40,785 nt of DNA, taken from positions 1 to 40,785 of the forward strand of contig JBLFXJ010000020.1 of assembly GCA_047609825.1 (NCBI GenBank). The letters are read 5' to 3'. Below the pieces are notes generated by a model. That model did not search any database. It saw only the letters and a list, made by a program, of their open reading frames with translations, and was not told where the DNA came from. How positions within the stretch are numbered: the first letter of the stretch is position 1; the number at the start of each line of letters is the position of its first letter. The position numbers and the translations under genes are program-made. The DNA is from Myxococcota bacterium. Lineage in GTDB: Bacteria > Myxococcota_A > UBA796 > GCA-2862545. This document shows positions 15,880 to 26,067 of this stretch, piece after piece.

Positions 15880-17226
15880 ATGCTCCCGTTGCTGCTGGCG
15901 CTCGCCGCCCCCTCGTTCGCGTCATCTCACCGTGAGGCCCCGGCCATCACGCACGACCCCGCTGCGGACATCACCGACTTCTACATGTTCGTGTCCCCAG
16001 AGGACCCCTCCAAGCTGATCCTGATCATGAACGTCAACCCGCTCGAAGAGCCGGGTGGCGGTCCGAACTTCCACGGGTTCGACGATCTGGTGAAGTACAA
16101 CATCCACATCGACAACGAGGGCGACGGCCAGGAGGACATCACCTTCGGCTTCGTGTTCGAGTCCGAGTACCAGTACCCCGAGGAGTTCCTGTACAATCTG
16201 GGCGACATCAACGACCCGGCGTTCCTCAACCACCGCCAGCGCATGACGGCGGCGATGTGGACCGACGGCGCGCTGGATGTGCTCATCAGCGGCGGTGCCG
16301 ATGCGTTCGTCGCACCGGCCAACGTGGGCCATGTGAGCGGCGGCGACGGCGGCTACAACCCCATGTCGGCCAGCCCGGGCAGCCTCACCACCACGTACAC
16401 CCACCCCGCCGGGGAAATCCGGGTGTTCGCGGGTCCGCGCCAGGAGGGCTTCTATGTCGACCTGGGTCGCACGTTCGACCTGCTCGACCTCGCTGCCGGC
16501 GGTCACGAGAACACACTGCTCGGCAAGAACGTGCACACCATCGCGGTCGAGGTGCCCCTCGAGATGGTCACGCGCGACGGCGCGCTCCCCGATCCGGGGC
16601 TCCAGAACGAGGTGATCTCGGCGTGGGCCTCCACCACGCGTCCGCAGCAGCAGTACATCAACGACTCTGGCGTGCGCCTCACCCGCGGCCGTGAGATCCA
16701 GGTGGCGCGCCTCGGCATGCCGCTGGTGAACGAAGTCGCGATCCCGGTGGGCATGAAGGATCTGTTCAACGCCGGTCATCCCAGCGACGACGGTCGGTTC
16801 CTCAGCTACGTGACCGATCCGATCCTGCCGATCTACATGGAGGCCGTGCTCGGCGTGCCGAACCCGATCTCCCACGACGAAGGGCTGGGTATCGGCGGCC
16901 GGGAAGACCTGGTGCTGCTGTTCCTCACCGGCCACCCAGCACTGGGCACCCTGCCCGGTGGGTTCGAGCTCGGTGGGCCAATCCCCGGCGAGGTCGACAA
17001 GGTGTTCGGGGCGTTCGAGGCCCTGCGGATCAACCTGTCCACGCCGAGCGGCTTCCCGAATGGGCGACTCCCGGCCGATGATGTGGTGGACGTGGCCCTC
17101 GACGCGATGGCGGGGCTGTTGATCGACGGCACCATGATCGGCGGAGACGGCGTGGGTGCTGATGGACTTCACTACCTCGACGTGTTTCCGTTCCTCGGCG
17201 ACCCGTGGTCCGGCAACGCGGAGTAA
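15880..17226 (+). CDS. DUF4331-family secreted protein
   Basis: GGAGG lies 5 nt upstream of the ATG, and an in-frame TGA sits immediately upstream. The short signal peptide is followed by SSHREAP, the hallmark N-terminal motif of DUF4331. Confidence 0.7.
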   Translation: MLPLLLALAAPSFASSHREAPAITHDPAADITDFYMFVSPEDPSKLILIMNVNPLEEPGGGPNFHGFDDLVKYNIHIDNEGDGQEDITFGFVFESEYQYPEEFLYNLGDINDPAFLNHRQRMTAAMWTDGALDVLISGGADAFVAPANVGHVSGGDGGYNPMSASPGSLTTTYTHPAGEIRVFAGPRQEGFYVDLGRTFDLLDLAAGGHENTLLGKNVHTIAVEVPLEMVTRDGALPDPGLQNEVISAWASTTRPQQQYINDSGVRLTRGREIQVARLGMPLVNEVAIPVGMKDLFNAGHPSDDGRFLSYVTDPILPIYMEAVLGVPNPISHDEGLGIGGREDLVLLFLTGHPALGTLPGGFELGGPIPGEVDKVFGAFEALRINLSTPSGFPNGRLPADDVVDVALDAMAGLLIDGTMIGGDGVGADGLHYLDVFPFLGDPWSGNAE

Positions 17227-17297
17227 TAGAGTCGAGATCCGGCCGGGCTTCGGCGCCCGGTCGGAGTCACGGAGATCCCGGCCGGGCAGGGGGGAGC

Positions 17298-17840
17298 TTG
17301 CAGGCACACACCGAGCTCGACACACTCCTCGAGAAGGCTGGGCAGCAGCGTGATCGCGCGGCGTTCCGCTGTCTGTATGCGCAGCTTGGGCCGCGGGTGA
17401 AGGGGTGGGTGTGCCGGCGCATCGGGGTGGCTCTCGCGGATGAGGTCACCCAGGATGTGATGCTCCGAGTGTGGCATGCAGCGCCCCGGTACGACCGCTC
17501 TCGCGCCGCGGCCACCACCTGGGTGTTCGCGATCGCGCGCAACCGGGTGGTGGATGTGCTGCGACGTGAGGGACGCCCAGCTCCAGAGCCCGATGATCCT
17601 GCATACGTGGTCGGCTTGGACGACCTGGCCGATGCGCGGCGCCGAGCGGCCCGGGTCCGCGCGGCCGTCGAGGCACTCCCTCGACCCCAGAGCACCGTCA
17701 TTCGACGGGCTTATTTCGAGGCCCACCCACTCCCAGAGGTCGCACGAGGCCTGGGGATTCCACTCGGCACCGTGAAGTCACGGGTCCGGCTCGCGATGCA
17801 GAAACTGCGGGATGCGCTAGCAGCTGAGGAGGCGGCATGA
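17298..17840 (+). CDS. ECF (sigma-70 family, group 4) RNA polymerase sigma factor
   Basis: The region-2 and region-4 signatures are present (..DVMLRVWHAAPRYD.., ..LPRPQSTVIRRAYFEAHPLPEVARGLGIPLGTVKSRV..). The start is taken as the in-frame TTG at 17298. The ORF is open from 17205, where it overlaps the DUF4331 stop. Confidence 0.75.
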   Translation: MQAHTELDTLLEKAGQQRDRAAFRCLYAQLGPRVKGWVCRRIGVALADEVTQDVMLRVWHAAPRYDRSRAAATTWVFAIARNRVVDVLRREGRPAPEPDDPAYVVGLDDLADARRRAARVRAAVEALPRPQSTVIRRAYFEAHPLPEVARGLGIPLGTVKSRVRLAMQKLRDALAAEEAA

Positions 17841-18493
17841 CACCATCGCACCACAGCCCCGACACCGTGCTCGCCGAGTACGCATTGGGCACCGCCTCTC
17901 CGGCCCTGGCGTTGATGGTGGCCACGCACCTCACGTTGTGCCCCACATGTCGCGCGCGGGTCGAGGCCCTCGAGGCCATCGGCGGCCGCATGCTGGAAGA
18001 TGAGGCCGAGACCGCGCTGCAACCTGGCGAGATCGACGCCGTGATGGCGCTGCTCGACGGTCCGCCGCCGGCCGAGAAGGAGCCAGGCCCCTCCGACCCG
18101 GCTGGCGTGTTTCCGCGCCCCCTGGTGCGCTACATCGGGGGCGTGGACGCCCAGCGGTGGCAGTGGCGGCTGCCGAGTGTTCGCGCGGTCGACGTGCCGG
18201 CGGAATCGGCCGACACCCTCCCCCTCCGCGTGGTGCGGCTCAACCGGGGATACCGGCTGCCGGTGCACGACCACGCCGGCGTCGAGCGCGCGGTGATCCT
18301 TGCCGGCGGCTGGGAGGACCAGACCGGTGAGTACCACCGCGGGGACTTCTTCTACGCGGATACCGAGCTTCGCGAGCACGATCAGCGCTGTTTCCCAGAC
18401 GAGGACTGCATCCTGCTGGTGCTCAACGACGCCGCCATCGTGCCGCGCAATCCGTTCATCCGCTGGGTCCTGAAGCGCGTACCGCCCCTGTGA
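17837..18493 (+). CDS. ChrR-family zinc-binding anti-sigma factor (ZAS N-terminal domain plus C-terminal cupin)
   Basis: There is an ATGA overlap with the sigma gene. The ZAS motif is H-x3-C-x2-C (HLTLCPTC). The C-terminal cupin-like region is RLPVHDHAGVERAVILAGGWEDQTGEY. Confidence 0.8.
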   Translation: MTPSHHSPDTVLAEYALGTASPALALMVATHLTLCPTCRARVEALEAIGGRMLEDEAETALQPGEIDAVMALLDGPPPAEKEPGPSDPAGVFPRPLVRYIGGVDAQRWQWRLPSVRAVDVPAESADTLPLRVVRLNRGYRLPVHDHAGVERAVILAGGWEDQTGEYHRGDFFYADTELREHDQRCFPDEDCILLVLNDAAIVPRNPFIRWVLKRVPPL

Positions 18494-18543
18494 CCCGCCA
18501 CCGCGTGTTATTCCCGGCCGCCGGATGATTCCTGGAGGGTCCG

Positions 18544-19107
18544 ATGAAGCGGTTTGGTCTCGGTGCGGTCCTGTTGGTCACTGTGGGCATGTCGCTGGCA
18601 TGCAGCGGTCTGGGCATCGAGCTCCCTCCCGAGCTCGAGGAGCTGCTGGGCGACGTGGCCGGTGACGACGGCGAGGACGACACGGACAACGCCGACGACG
18701 GCGACGACGGCGACACGGACGACGGCGAAGACGCCGACGACACAGACGCCCCCGGGGATGATGGGGATGGCGAGGACGACACCGACGCCCCCGCCGAGGA
18801 TGGGGATGGCGAGGAGGAGGGTGGCGACGACGCCGACGAGCCCGAACCCGAGCCCGAGCCGGCTCCAGCGCCCGCCCCCCGGCCTTCAGGTGGTCAGGTC
18901 ACCTTCACCGGCGCGAACAACGTGCGGCTCGAGAAGAGCGGCAAGAAGACCCGCCTGCCAGCTCGGCTGGGCAGCGGCACCTACAAGGTGATGGCGCAGT
19001 TCGACGCGGGTGGCGGCCCAGTGGCAGCCGGCGAGGTCACGCTCCCGGGCTCGGGCAGCACGACCATCGCGTGCAACGCCCGCATGCGGCTGTGCAAGGT
19101 GCAATGA
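18544..19107 (+). CDS. Lipoprotein with an extremely acidic Asp/Glu-rich linker and a small C-terminal domain
   Basis: GGAGGG lies 7 nt upstream. The lipobox is SLAC. About 80 residues are almost all D/E/G/T/A. Confidence 0.55.
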   Translation: MKRFGLGAVLLVTVGMSLACSGLGIELPPELEELLGDVAGDDGEDDTDNADDGDDGDTDDGEDADDTDAPGDDGDGEDDTDAPAEDGDGEEEGGDDADEPEPEPEPAPAPAPRPSGGQVTFTGANNVRLEKSGKKTRLPARLGSGTYKVMAQFDAGGGPVAAGEVTLPGSGSTTIACNARMRLCKVQ

Positions 19108-19166
19108 CCCGCTGAAGGGGCACGGCGGCGCGGTGCCCCCGGGGGCCTGGACCCCCGCGGCCCCTG

Positions 19167-20116
<950 letters not shown>

Positions 20117-20117
<1 letters not shown>

Positions 20118-20938
20118 CACTTGGTCCCCAGCGCGATCCCACCGAAGGCGAGGGTGGCCGTGCCGATGCCGACCGAACCCCAATACGATGCCTGGTTGAC
20201 CGTGAGCAGCCCCTGGGCCCCGCTGCCCTTGTACGCCAGGTTCGTGGCGATGGCCGTGCCGAAGAGCGACGCGGCCGCGATGCCCGAGCCCGCCGCGAGG
20301 CCCCACCACGGCCCGCCGCCGCCGCCCGACCGGCTCTTCTTCGTGCTGCTGGCGACTGGCGCTGGGGGAGCGACGACGAACTCGGAGGACAGGCTCGAGG
20401 GCACGCCGGACCAGCCGGGGCCAGCGACGCTGGTCCACACCATATCATTGGCCGCCCGCCCGACCTGCACAACGGACGGCACATCCTCCGGACGGGTGGT
20501 GGAGGCGCTGCCGTCGACCCACACCTTGGCGCCAGCCGGTGCGGTGATCGCCGTGCGCGCTGACGCCCGAGCCGGGTCGGCTCCCTGCCACAGGCCGTCG
20601 ACCGGCCCGCCCGCGGGAGCCACGCTCTCGGGCAGATCCACCTCGCCCTGGATGGCCCGTGCCGAGACGAAGGAATCGGTGGTGGCCGCATCATCTCCTG
20701 CGAGGAACGCCCGGAGCGCGTGCACGCGGTGGACCGAGGCCGCGACGCCTGGGGACAGAACCGAGCCGAGGCACTCCACCATGCCGTCGATGCGGTTCAC
20801 CGAGGCGGTGAACCCGGTTTCATCGAGCGACGAGAACGCGTCGATGGCGGTGTTGGTCTCGGACAGGATCTGCGTGGGCGTGGCGGGCGTGTCGCAACCG
20901 GCGTGCGCGAGCGCCGAGAGGAGCAGCAGGACCATGGT
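20117..20938 (-). CDS. Lipoprotein with a C-terminal glycine-zipper (SlyB/Pcp-like) membrane segment
   Basis: The start is MVLLLLSALAHAGC (a lipobox). The C-terminus GWSGVP...GGGGGPWWGLAAGSGIAAASLFGTAIA...GIGTATLAFGGIALG is glycine-zipper-like. Confidence 0.5.
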
Positions 20939-21093
20939 CCCTCCTGGGGCATGTTCGGGGCTAACGGCCGGCGCGGACACGTACACGTACACGCAACATC
21001 CCGACACGGCGTGTGTCGTGACACCCGATGACCGGGCGCGGGGTAACTGTGGGCGAGCGTGCGGCATATCTCAGACACCACCCGAGGTATCGA

Positions 21094-21750
21094 ATGACTC
21101 ACAAGCTGCTCCCGCTGCTGTTCGCACTCGTCGCATGCGGCGACCCGTCCAGCGCCACGGCGAGCCCGGCAACCACGGCTGCCTCCACCGATCGCACCGC
21201 TGCGGCACCCGCGCTCGAAGCGGGTCAGGCAGAGGCGGTGTTCGCCGGGGGGTGCTTCTGGTGCATGGAGAAGCCGTTCGACAAGATGAAGGGCGTGGTC
21301 TCCACCACCTCTGGCTACATCGGCGGCACGATCGAGGGGCCCACCTACAAGCAGGTCTCCTCGCACGCCACCCAGCACATCGAGGCGCTGCGGGTGGTGT
21401 ACGACCCTACGATCGTGACCTACGACGCACTCCTCTCCGTGTTCTGGCACAACATCGACCCCACCCAGGCCGACGGGCAGTTCTGCGACCGCGGTCACCA
21501 GTACACCTCGGCGGTGTTCGTGGGCTCGCCGGAGGAGCGTGCCCTGGCAGAGGCGTCCAAGGCGAAGGCCGCTGCGACGCTCGGCGCTTCGGTGGTGACC
21601 GACATCCGCGACAGCGCTGTGTTCTGGGAGGCCGAGGCCTACCACCAGGACTTCTACAAGACCAACCCGTCGCACTACTCGCGCTATCGCCTCGGCTGCG
21701 GGCGCGATGCCCGGCTGAAGCAGCTGTGGGGCGATGCCGCCGGCCACTGA
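21094..21750 (+). CDS. msrA: Peptide methionine-S-sulfoxide reductase MsrA, lipoprotein form
   Basis: GAGGT lies 6-10 nt upstream of ATG 21094. The lipobox is FALVACG. The catalytic GCFWC motif and the conserved HQDFY and YRLGCG segments are present. Confidence 0.9.
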   Translation: MTHKLLPLLFALVACGDPSSATASPATTAASTDRTAAAPALEAGQAEAVFAGGCFWCMEKPFDKMKGVVSTTSGYIGGTIEGPTYKQVSSHATQHIEALRVVYDPTIVTYDALLSVFWHNIDPTQADGQFCDRGHQYTSAVFVGSPEERALAEASKAKAAATLGASVVTDIRDSAVFWEAEAYHQDFYKTNPSHYSRYRLGCGRDARLKQLWGDAAGH

Positions 21751-21881
21751 GGGGCTGGCCCTGAGGGCAGGCTGGAGAGCCTTCGAACGCGCCGAGAGTA
21801 GTGTGGGTTTCGTCAAGGTGCGGGCGACGGCGCGCGGGCGCTGCGGGGCCTCGGTACGCTGGTGACGTACCGGGAGGTTCC

Positions 21882-22232
21882 ATGCGTTTGTCCACTGTCG
21901 TCTCCACCATCGGCATCCTGGCCGCCACCGCGCTGCCCACCACCGCGAGCACCGCGCCAGCCTTCCCCATCGTCATGCCGGTCAACTACTGCATCGGTGA
22001 CTGCACCGACATGCGCGTCACCGTCCAGTCGGATGGCTCATTCGAAGACAGCGATGGTGATGGCGGATTCTGGGAGATGAACAAGCCCACCCGCGAGTTC
22101 CGCCTGACCTACGAGTACGATCGCGACGCCGTTGGCATCGTGTTCTTCGGCGAGTTCGCTCGCGGATGCTTCACCGGGGTCGTGTTCGATGATCGCGGTG
22201 ACGAGGTCGGCGACTGGGAATCCTGCATCTAA
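21882..22232 (+). CDS. Small secreted Cys-containing hypothetical protein (116 aa)
   Basis: GGGAGG lies 5 nt upstream of ATG 21882. The signal peptide is MRLSTVVSTIGILAATALPTTAS. It contains 4 Cys. Confidence 0.5.
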   Translation: MRLSTVVSTIGILAATALPTTASTAPAFPIVMPVNYCIGDCTDMRVTVQSDGSFEDSDGDGGFWEMNKPTREFRLTYEYDRDAVGIVFFGEFARGCFTGVVFDDRGDEVGDWESCI

Positions 22233-22322
22233 GCACGGATCTCCGGTTCGAACGAACAGAGCCCCGGACTGGCCGGGGCTCCTCGGGAGGCCTCACCGAG
22301 GTGAGGACTCTCCACTATGCGT

Positions 22323-22658
<336 letters not shown>

Positions 22659-22982
22659 ACTCGTATCTCGTTCTCTGTTGCGGCCGAGGCGGGCTCGATA
22701 CCGCGGATGCGTCGGACAGGAGGTCCGATCTCCGGAACGTCATGGTGACATCCCGAGTCCGGCGGCCCGCCCTCGCGCTTTCACTGCGAGGACTCCGCTC
22801 CAGACACTGCCGGGGTAACGCGGGACCGCGCTCGACGATGTTTTATCTGCGAAATCGACGCCATCGTCCCTTCTGCTGGCGTCGCGAGCGCCGGGGCGAC
22901 GGCGGGAATGGCCTGTTAGCGGTACGGCCTGGACCGAGGCCGCGCATGGCGTGGACTCTCATTCGAGAAGAGCGGAGGTGGC

Positions 22983-23390
22983 ATGGCGACGGCGATGTGG
23001 TGGCTGTGCGCAGTGGCGTTGGCCGATCCCGGCTGGGTGGGCACCTGGCAGAACGAGAGCGGATCGGCGCTCCAGATCCGATCCGTCGCGGCGGACGGTA
23101 CGTTGGTGGGCCAGTACAGCACCGAGCTCGGTGCCCCCGACGCCACTCACTGGTTTGACGTGCGCGGCTCGGCCCACGGCGATCAGCTGGCGTTCGTGGT
23201 GAACTGGGGCGAGCACGCGTCGCTCACGGCGTGGGTCGGTCAACGGATCGGATCGGGGGAGGAGGAGCGGCTTCGAACCCTGTGGCACCTCACCCGGGAT
23301 GTGCCCGAAGCGGACGAGGCCGACGCGATCTGGTCGTCGGTGATCTCGGGCTTTGCGGTGTTTCGACGGGTCACCGAAGCGCCGCGCTGA
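22983..23390 (+). CDS. Avidin/streptavidin-family (biotin-binding beta-barrel) protein, secreted
   Basis: GGAGGTGG lies immediately upstream of the ATG. The motifs GTWQNESGSALQI...DGTLVGQY, VNWGEHASLTAWVGQ and RLRTLWHLT align with the streptavidin core (GTWYNQLGSTFIV..DGALTGTY, WKNNYRNAHSATTWSGQ, RINTQWLLT), including the Trp positions. The signal peptide is short. Confidence 0.7.
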   Translation: MATAMWWLCAVALADPGWVGTWQNESGSALQIRSVAADGTLVGQYSTELGAPDATHWFDVRGSAHGDQLAFVVNWGEHASLTAWVGQRIGSGEEERLRTLWHLTRDVPEADEADAIWSSVISGFAVFRRVTEAPR

Positions 23391-24246
23391 GCGCCTCGGC
23401 GTCGGCACGCCAGGGCCGTGGCCACCGCGCCTCCAGGTAGGGCGTGGGGTCGACCCCTCGGTCGGCGGCGTCCACTGCCAGCGCCCATCGCACCTCGGGT
23501 CTGCGGGCGCCGACCGCCTGCGCGGCAGCGAGGGCCTCGGCCGAAGAGTGTCCCAGCGCCCGCTGCGCGGCGGCCACGCCCAGCCACGCGGTGGTGTGCT
23601 TTGGCTTGGCGCGAACCACAGATTCGAACACCACCAGGGCATCGGCCGGGCTGTCGGGCAGCGCGGCGCACCCCAGGGCGAGCTCCGTCTGCCAGCGGGC
23701 CGGATCGTGGGCGTTGCGGGCGGACTCCAGGTCACCGGGCGGGCATGGGGGTCGGCTCCACACCAGGCTCACCGGGAGCGCCACGTCCACCAGCAGCGCA
23801 GCGTCGCGCTCCAGGATCCACCCGCGGGCGGTGTCGGCGGCCGGCCCCCACCAGCGGTCCTCCGCGGCCGCGGTGAGCACCTCGATCCAGGCCTGCTCCG
23901 CCCGGCGCCATAGCGCCGCAGGCAGGTCGTCGTCGGAGTCGGTGAGGCGGTGGGTGTCGGCCTGTGCGCCCAGCTCGGCGAGGTGGGTCGCGATGCGGGC
24001 CGAGAGCACCCGGGCCTCGGCGGCGTCTGGTGGAGGCCCAGCGAGTGCGGGGACCACGGCCTCGTCGGCGGCGTCACGAGCGTCCATCAGCGCGCGCATC
24101 GCCATCACCCACGGGGCCGCGGCGGCCCGATCGGTGGGGTTGGGTACCGAGGGCAGCGAGTGCTGTTCGAAGGCCTCGACCGCGCGGACGGCCTCAGCGA
24201 GCTCGGGTGTTCCGGCCACAGCGAGTGCGGCCCAGAGCAGGACCAT
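23371..24246 (-). CDS. Hypothetical secreted Ala-rich helical protein
   Basis: The signal peptide is MVLLWAALAVAG. The alternative frames are Ser/Arg-rich junk. The 3' end overlaps the avidin-like gene by 20 bp in a convergent arrangement. Confidence 0.4.
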   Translation of the reverse strand: MVLLWAALAVAGTPELAEAVRAVEAFEQHSLPSVPNPTDRAAAAPWVMAMRALMDARDAADEAVVPALAGPPPDAAEARVLSARIATHLAELGAQADTHRLTDSDDDLPAALWRRAEQAWIEVLTAAAEDRWWGPAADTARGWILERDAALLVDVALPVSLVWSRPPCPPGDLESARNAHDPARWQTELALGCAALPDSPADALVVFESVVRAKPKHTTAWLGVAAAQRALGHSSAEALAAAQAVGARRPEVRWALAVDAADRGVDPTPYLEARWPRPWRADAEALSAALR

Positions 24247-24302
24247 CCCGCCTCCCTCTCAACGTGCTAACCGCACCCGTCCCTGGCCACAGCGAGACTG
24301 CC

Positions 24303-25508
24303 ATGACCCTGTTCCTTGTCGCGTCGTTGGCCCTCGGCGCACCCTCCCTCGACCGTCGACCCATCCCGGAGGCGGTGGTGCTCGGCCGCGCCGGGTGGCA
24401 GACCCTCCCCGGCGGCATGGACGGCCTGGTGCCTGGCGACCTGCTCGCACCTGTCGGCGGCGGCTACAAAGTGAAGGCGAGTGGTTGCCTGGAGGGTGAG
24501 GCGACCGAGGCCGCGGCGGCGGCCCCGCTGGTCGAGGCGCTGGGCCGCGGCGTGGTGCGGCCCCCGCCCATCGGGCGGTCATGGGCGGAGGGGCCGGTCC
24601 CGCAGACCGCGTGGAGCGATGTGATGCACACCCAGCTCCCGCGCTCGGCTCGCCTCACGGACGCCTGCGCCGAAGTGCTTCGCGCCCTCACGCCGGCCGC
24701 ACTCCAGGGCGCGGCAGTGGTCACCGGCGTGCTGCAAGCACGGGTGGCCGACGCCGGCTGCGGCAAGATGGACGTGGTGTGGAAGCCGCTGCGGGGGCGC
24801 GCGAATCCATGCGATGACCGCGTGGGCAAGGTGGAGGTGCTCGCCGCCAAGGCGCAGCCCGCCGATCCCCTGCTGCCCCCTGCGGTGGCCGGTGACAACG
24901 CCCAGCTGGCGCCGTGGCCCGTGCCCGAGGGGGCGGCGCCCGGCCTCACGGATCCAACCCTCGCCACCGAGACCGCGCCGGAGAACTTCGTCGTTCGGTT
25001 CGAGACCAGCCAGGGCGACATCGTGGTGCGGGTGCACCGCCACTGGGCCCCGAACGGTGCAGACCGATTCTACAACCTGGTGCGCCTCGGATTCTACGAC
25101 TCAGCGGCGTTCTTCCGGGTGATCGATGGGTTTATGGCCCAGGTGGGCATCAGCGCCTACCCCGATGTGACCGCCGCCTGGCTCGACGCTCGCATCGATG
25201 ATGATCCGGTCCGCGAGTCGAACAGGCGCGGCCACCTGTCGTTCGCGTCCGCCGGCCCTGATAGCCGCACCACCCAGGTCTTCGTGAACATGGTCGACAA
25301 CACCCAGCTCGACGGGATGGGCTTCTCGCCGTTCGCCGAGGTGCTCGAGGGCATGGACGTGGTGGACGCCCTGCACTCCGGGTACGGCGAGGGCGCGCCG
25401 AGCGGCGAGGGGCCGGACCAAGGCCGGGCCCAGTCGTGGGGTGGGGCCTACCTCGAGGCTGCGTTCCCGGAGCTCGACCGCATCGTGCGCGTGGAGCTGG
25501 TGGACTGA
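24303..25508 (+). CDS. Secreted cyclophilin-type peptidyl-prolyl cis-trans isomerase with an N-terminal extension domain
   Basis: The start is MTLFLVASLALGAPS (ATG 24303, in frame within the longer ORF). The C-terminal cyclophilin signatures are FFRVIDGFMAQ, GHLSFASAG and VFVNMVDNTQLDG. Confidence 0.8.
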   Translation: MTLFLVASLALGAPSLDRRPIPEAVVLGRAGWQTLPGGMDGLVPGDLLAPVGGGYKVKASGCLEGEATEAAAAAPLVEALGRGVVRPPPIGRSWAEGPVPQTAWSDVMHTQLPRSARLTDACAEVLRALTPAALQGAAVVTGVLQARVADAGCGKMDVVWKPLRGRANPCDDRVGKVEVLAAKAQPADPLLPPAVAGDNAQLAPWPVPEGAAPGLTDPTLATETAPENFVVRFETSQGDIVVRVHRHWAPNGADRFYNLVRLGFYDSAAFFRVIDGFMAQVGISAYPDVTAAWLDARIDDDPVRESNRRGHLSFASAGPDSRTTQVFVNMVDNTQLDGMGFSPFAEVLEGMDVVDALHSGYGEGAPSGEGPDQGRAQSWGGAYLEAAFPELDRIVRVELVD

Positions 25509-25991
25509 CTACGGCGTAAGCGCGACGTGGGCCACGGGGTCGCTGGCGCCATCGGCCATGGCTGTCTCGCGCGCCTCGCGGAGCATTGTCCACGACACGT
25601 CGGCGTCCTCTCCGGTGCCGCCCTTCACGCCGTCTGCGCCGCGAGACCAGAGATCCCACGACCTGGACGACTTGCGCACGTAGTGGAGCAAGTTGCCGTA
25701 GCCGTCGATGGGTGGCACGGAGAACGTGACCGCGTCGAGGGAGCGCGGGGCCTCGCCGTGGCGGCGCATGTGATTGTGCACGCGCCGGTCGAGGACCTCC
25801 ATGTTGCGCTCGGTCGCCACGTGGGGAGATGGGCCCTCAGCGTCGACGGGCTGCTGGCTGAACAACCACAGGGTGCCGCCGAGGGCGGCCGGCGCGACGA
25901 CCAACACCACCAGCAGCTCGGCGATGCGCTGGAGTACGCCTCGACTGGGCCGCTTGGCGCGAATGATGGGGTCTGGAGTGGGGGGCGACAC
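25509..25991 (-). CDS. GspG-like type II secretion pseudopilin-domain protein with a degenerate prepilin leader
   Basis: The C-terminal region DGYGNLLHYV...WDLWSRGADGVKGGTGEDADVSW matches the GspG DPWG..Y...DL.SLGADG.EGG...DAD. signature. A TM helix is present, but the G-FTLIE prepilin motif is not canonical (RG-VLQRIAE). Confidence 0.6.
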   Translation of the reverse strand: MSPPTPDPIIRAKRPSRGVLQRIAELLVVLVVAPAALGGTLWLFSQQPVDAEGPSPHVATERNMEVLDRRVHNHMRRHGEAPRSLDAVTFSVPPIDGYGNLLHYVRKSSRSWDLWSRGADGVKGGTGEDADVSWTMLREARETAMADGASDPVAHVALTP

Positions 25992-26046
25992 GAGGCTCCG
26001 GTGAACGCTGTCATCAGATCGATAGATCCATACAGCACAGTTGTGA

Positions 26047-26062
26047 TGTCATGGACATGACA
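26047..26062. promoter_or_regulatory. Perfect palindrome TGTCATG-GA-CATGACA upstream of the GspG-like gene, a candidate operator
   Basis: The arms are 7 bp with a 2-bp spacer, and the motif sits inside a wider CTGTCAT...ATGACAG symmetry in the 76-bp intergenic gap. Confidence 0.4.
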
Positions 26063-26067
26063 GAGTC

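Noticed and set aside
17205-17297. Longer sigma-factor ORF starting at ATG 17205 and overlapping the DUF4331 3' end
   Set aside because: The extra 31 residues (MVRQRGVIESRSGRASAPGRSHGDPGRAGGS) are Arg/Gly-rich and precede the conserved sigma region. The TTG at 17298 gives a typical ECF length of about 180 aa. The start remains uncertain.
22659-22982. Possible tRNA or ncRNA gene in the 324-bp intergenic region
   Set aside because: There is no T-loop (GTTCGAATC-like) or cloverleaf-compatible segment. It is most simply the divergent promoter/5'-UTR region of the rbp and avidin-like genes.
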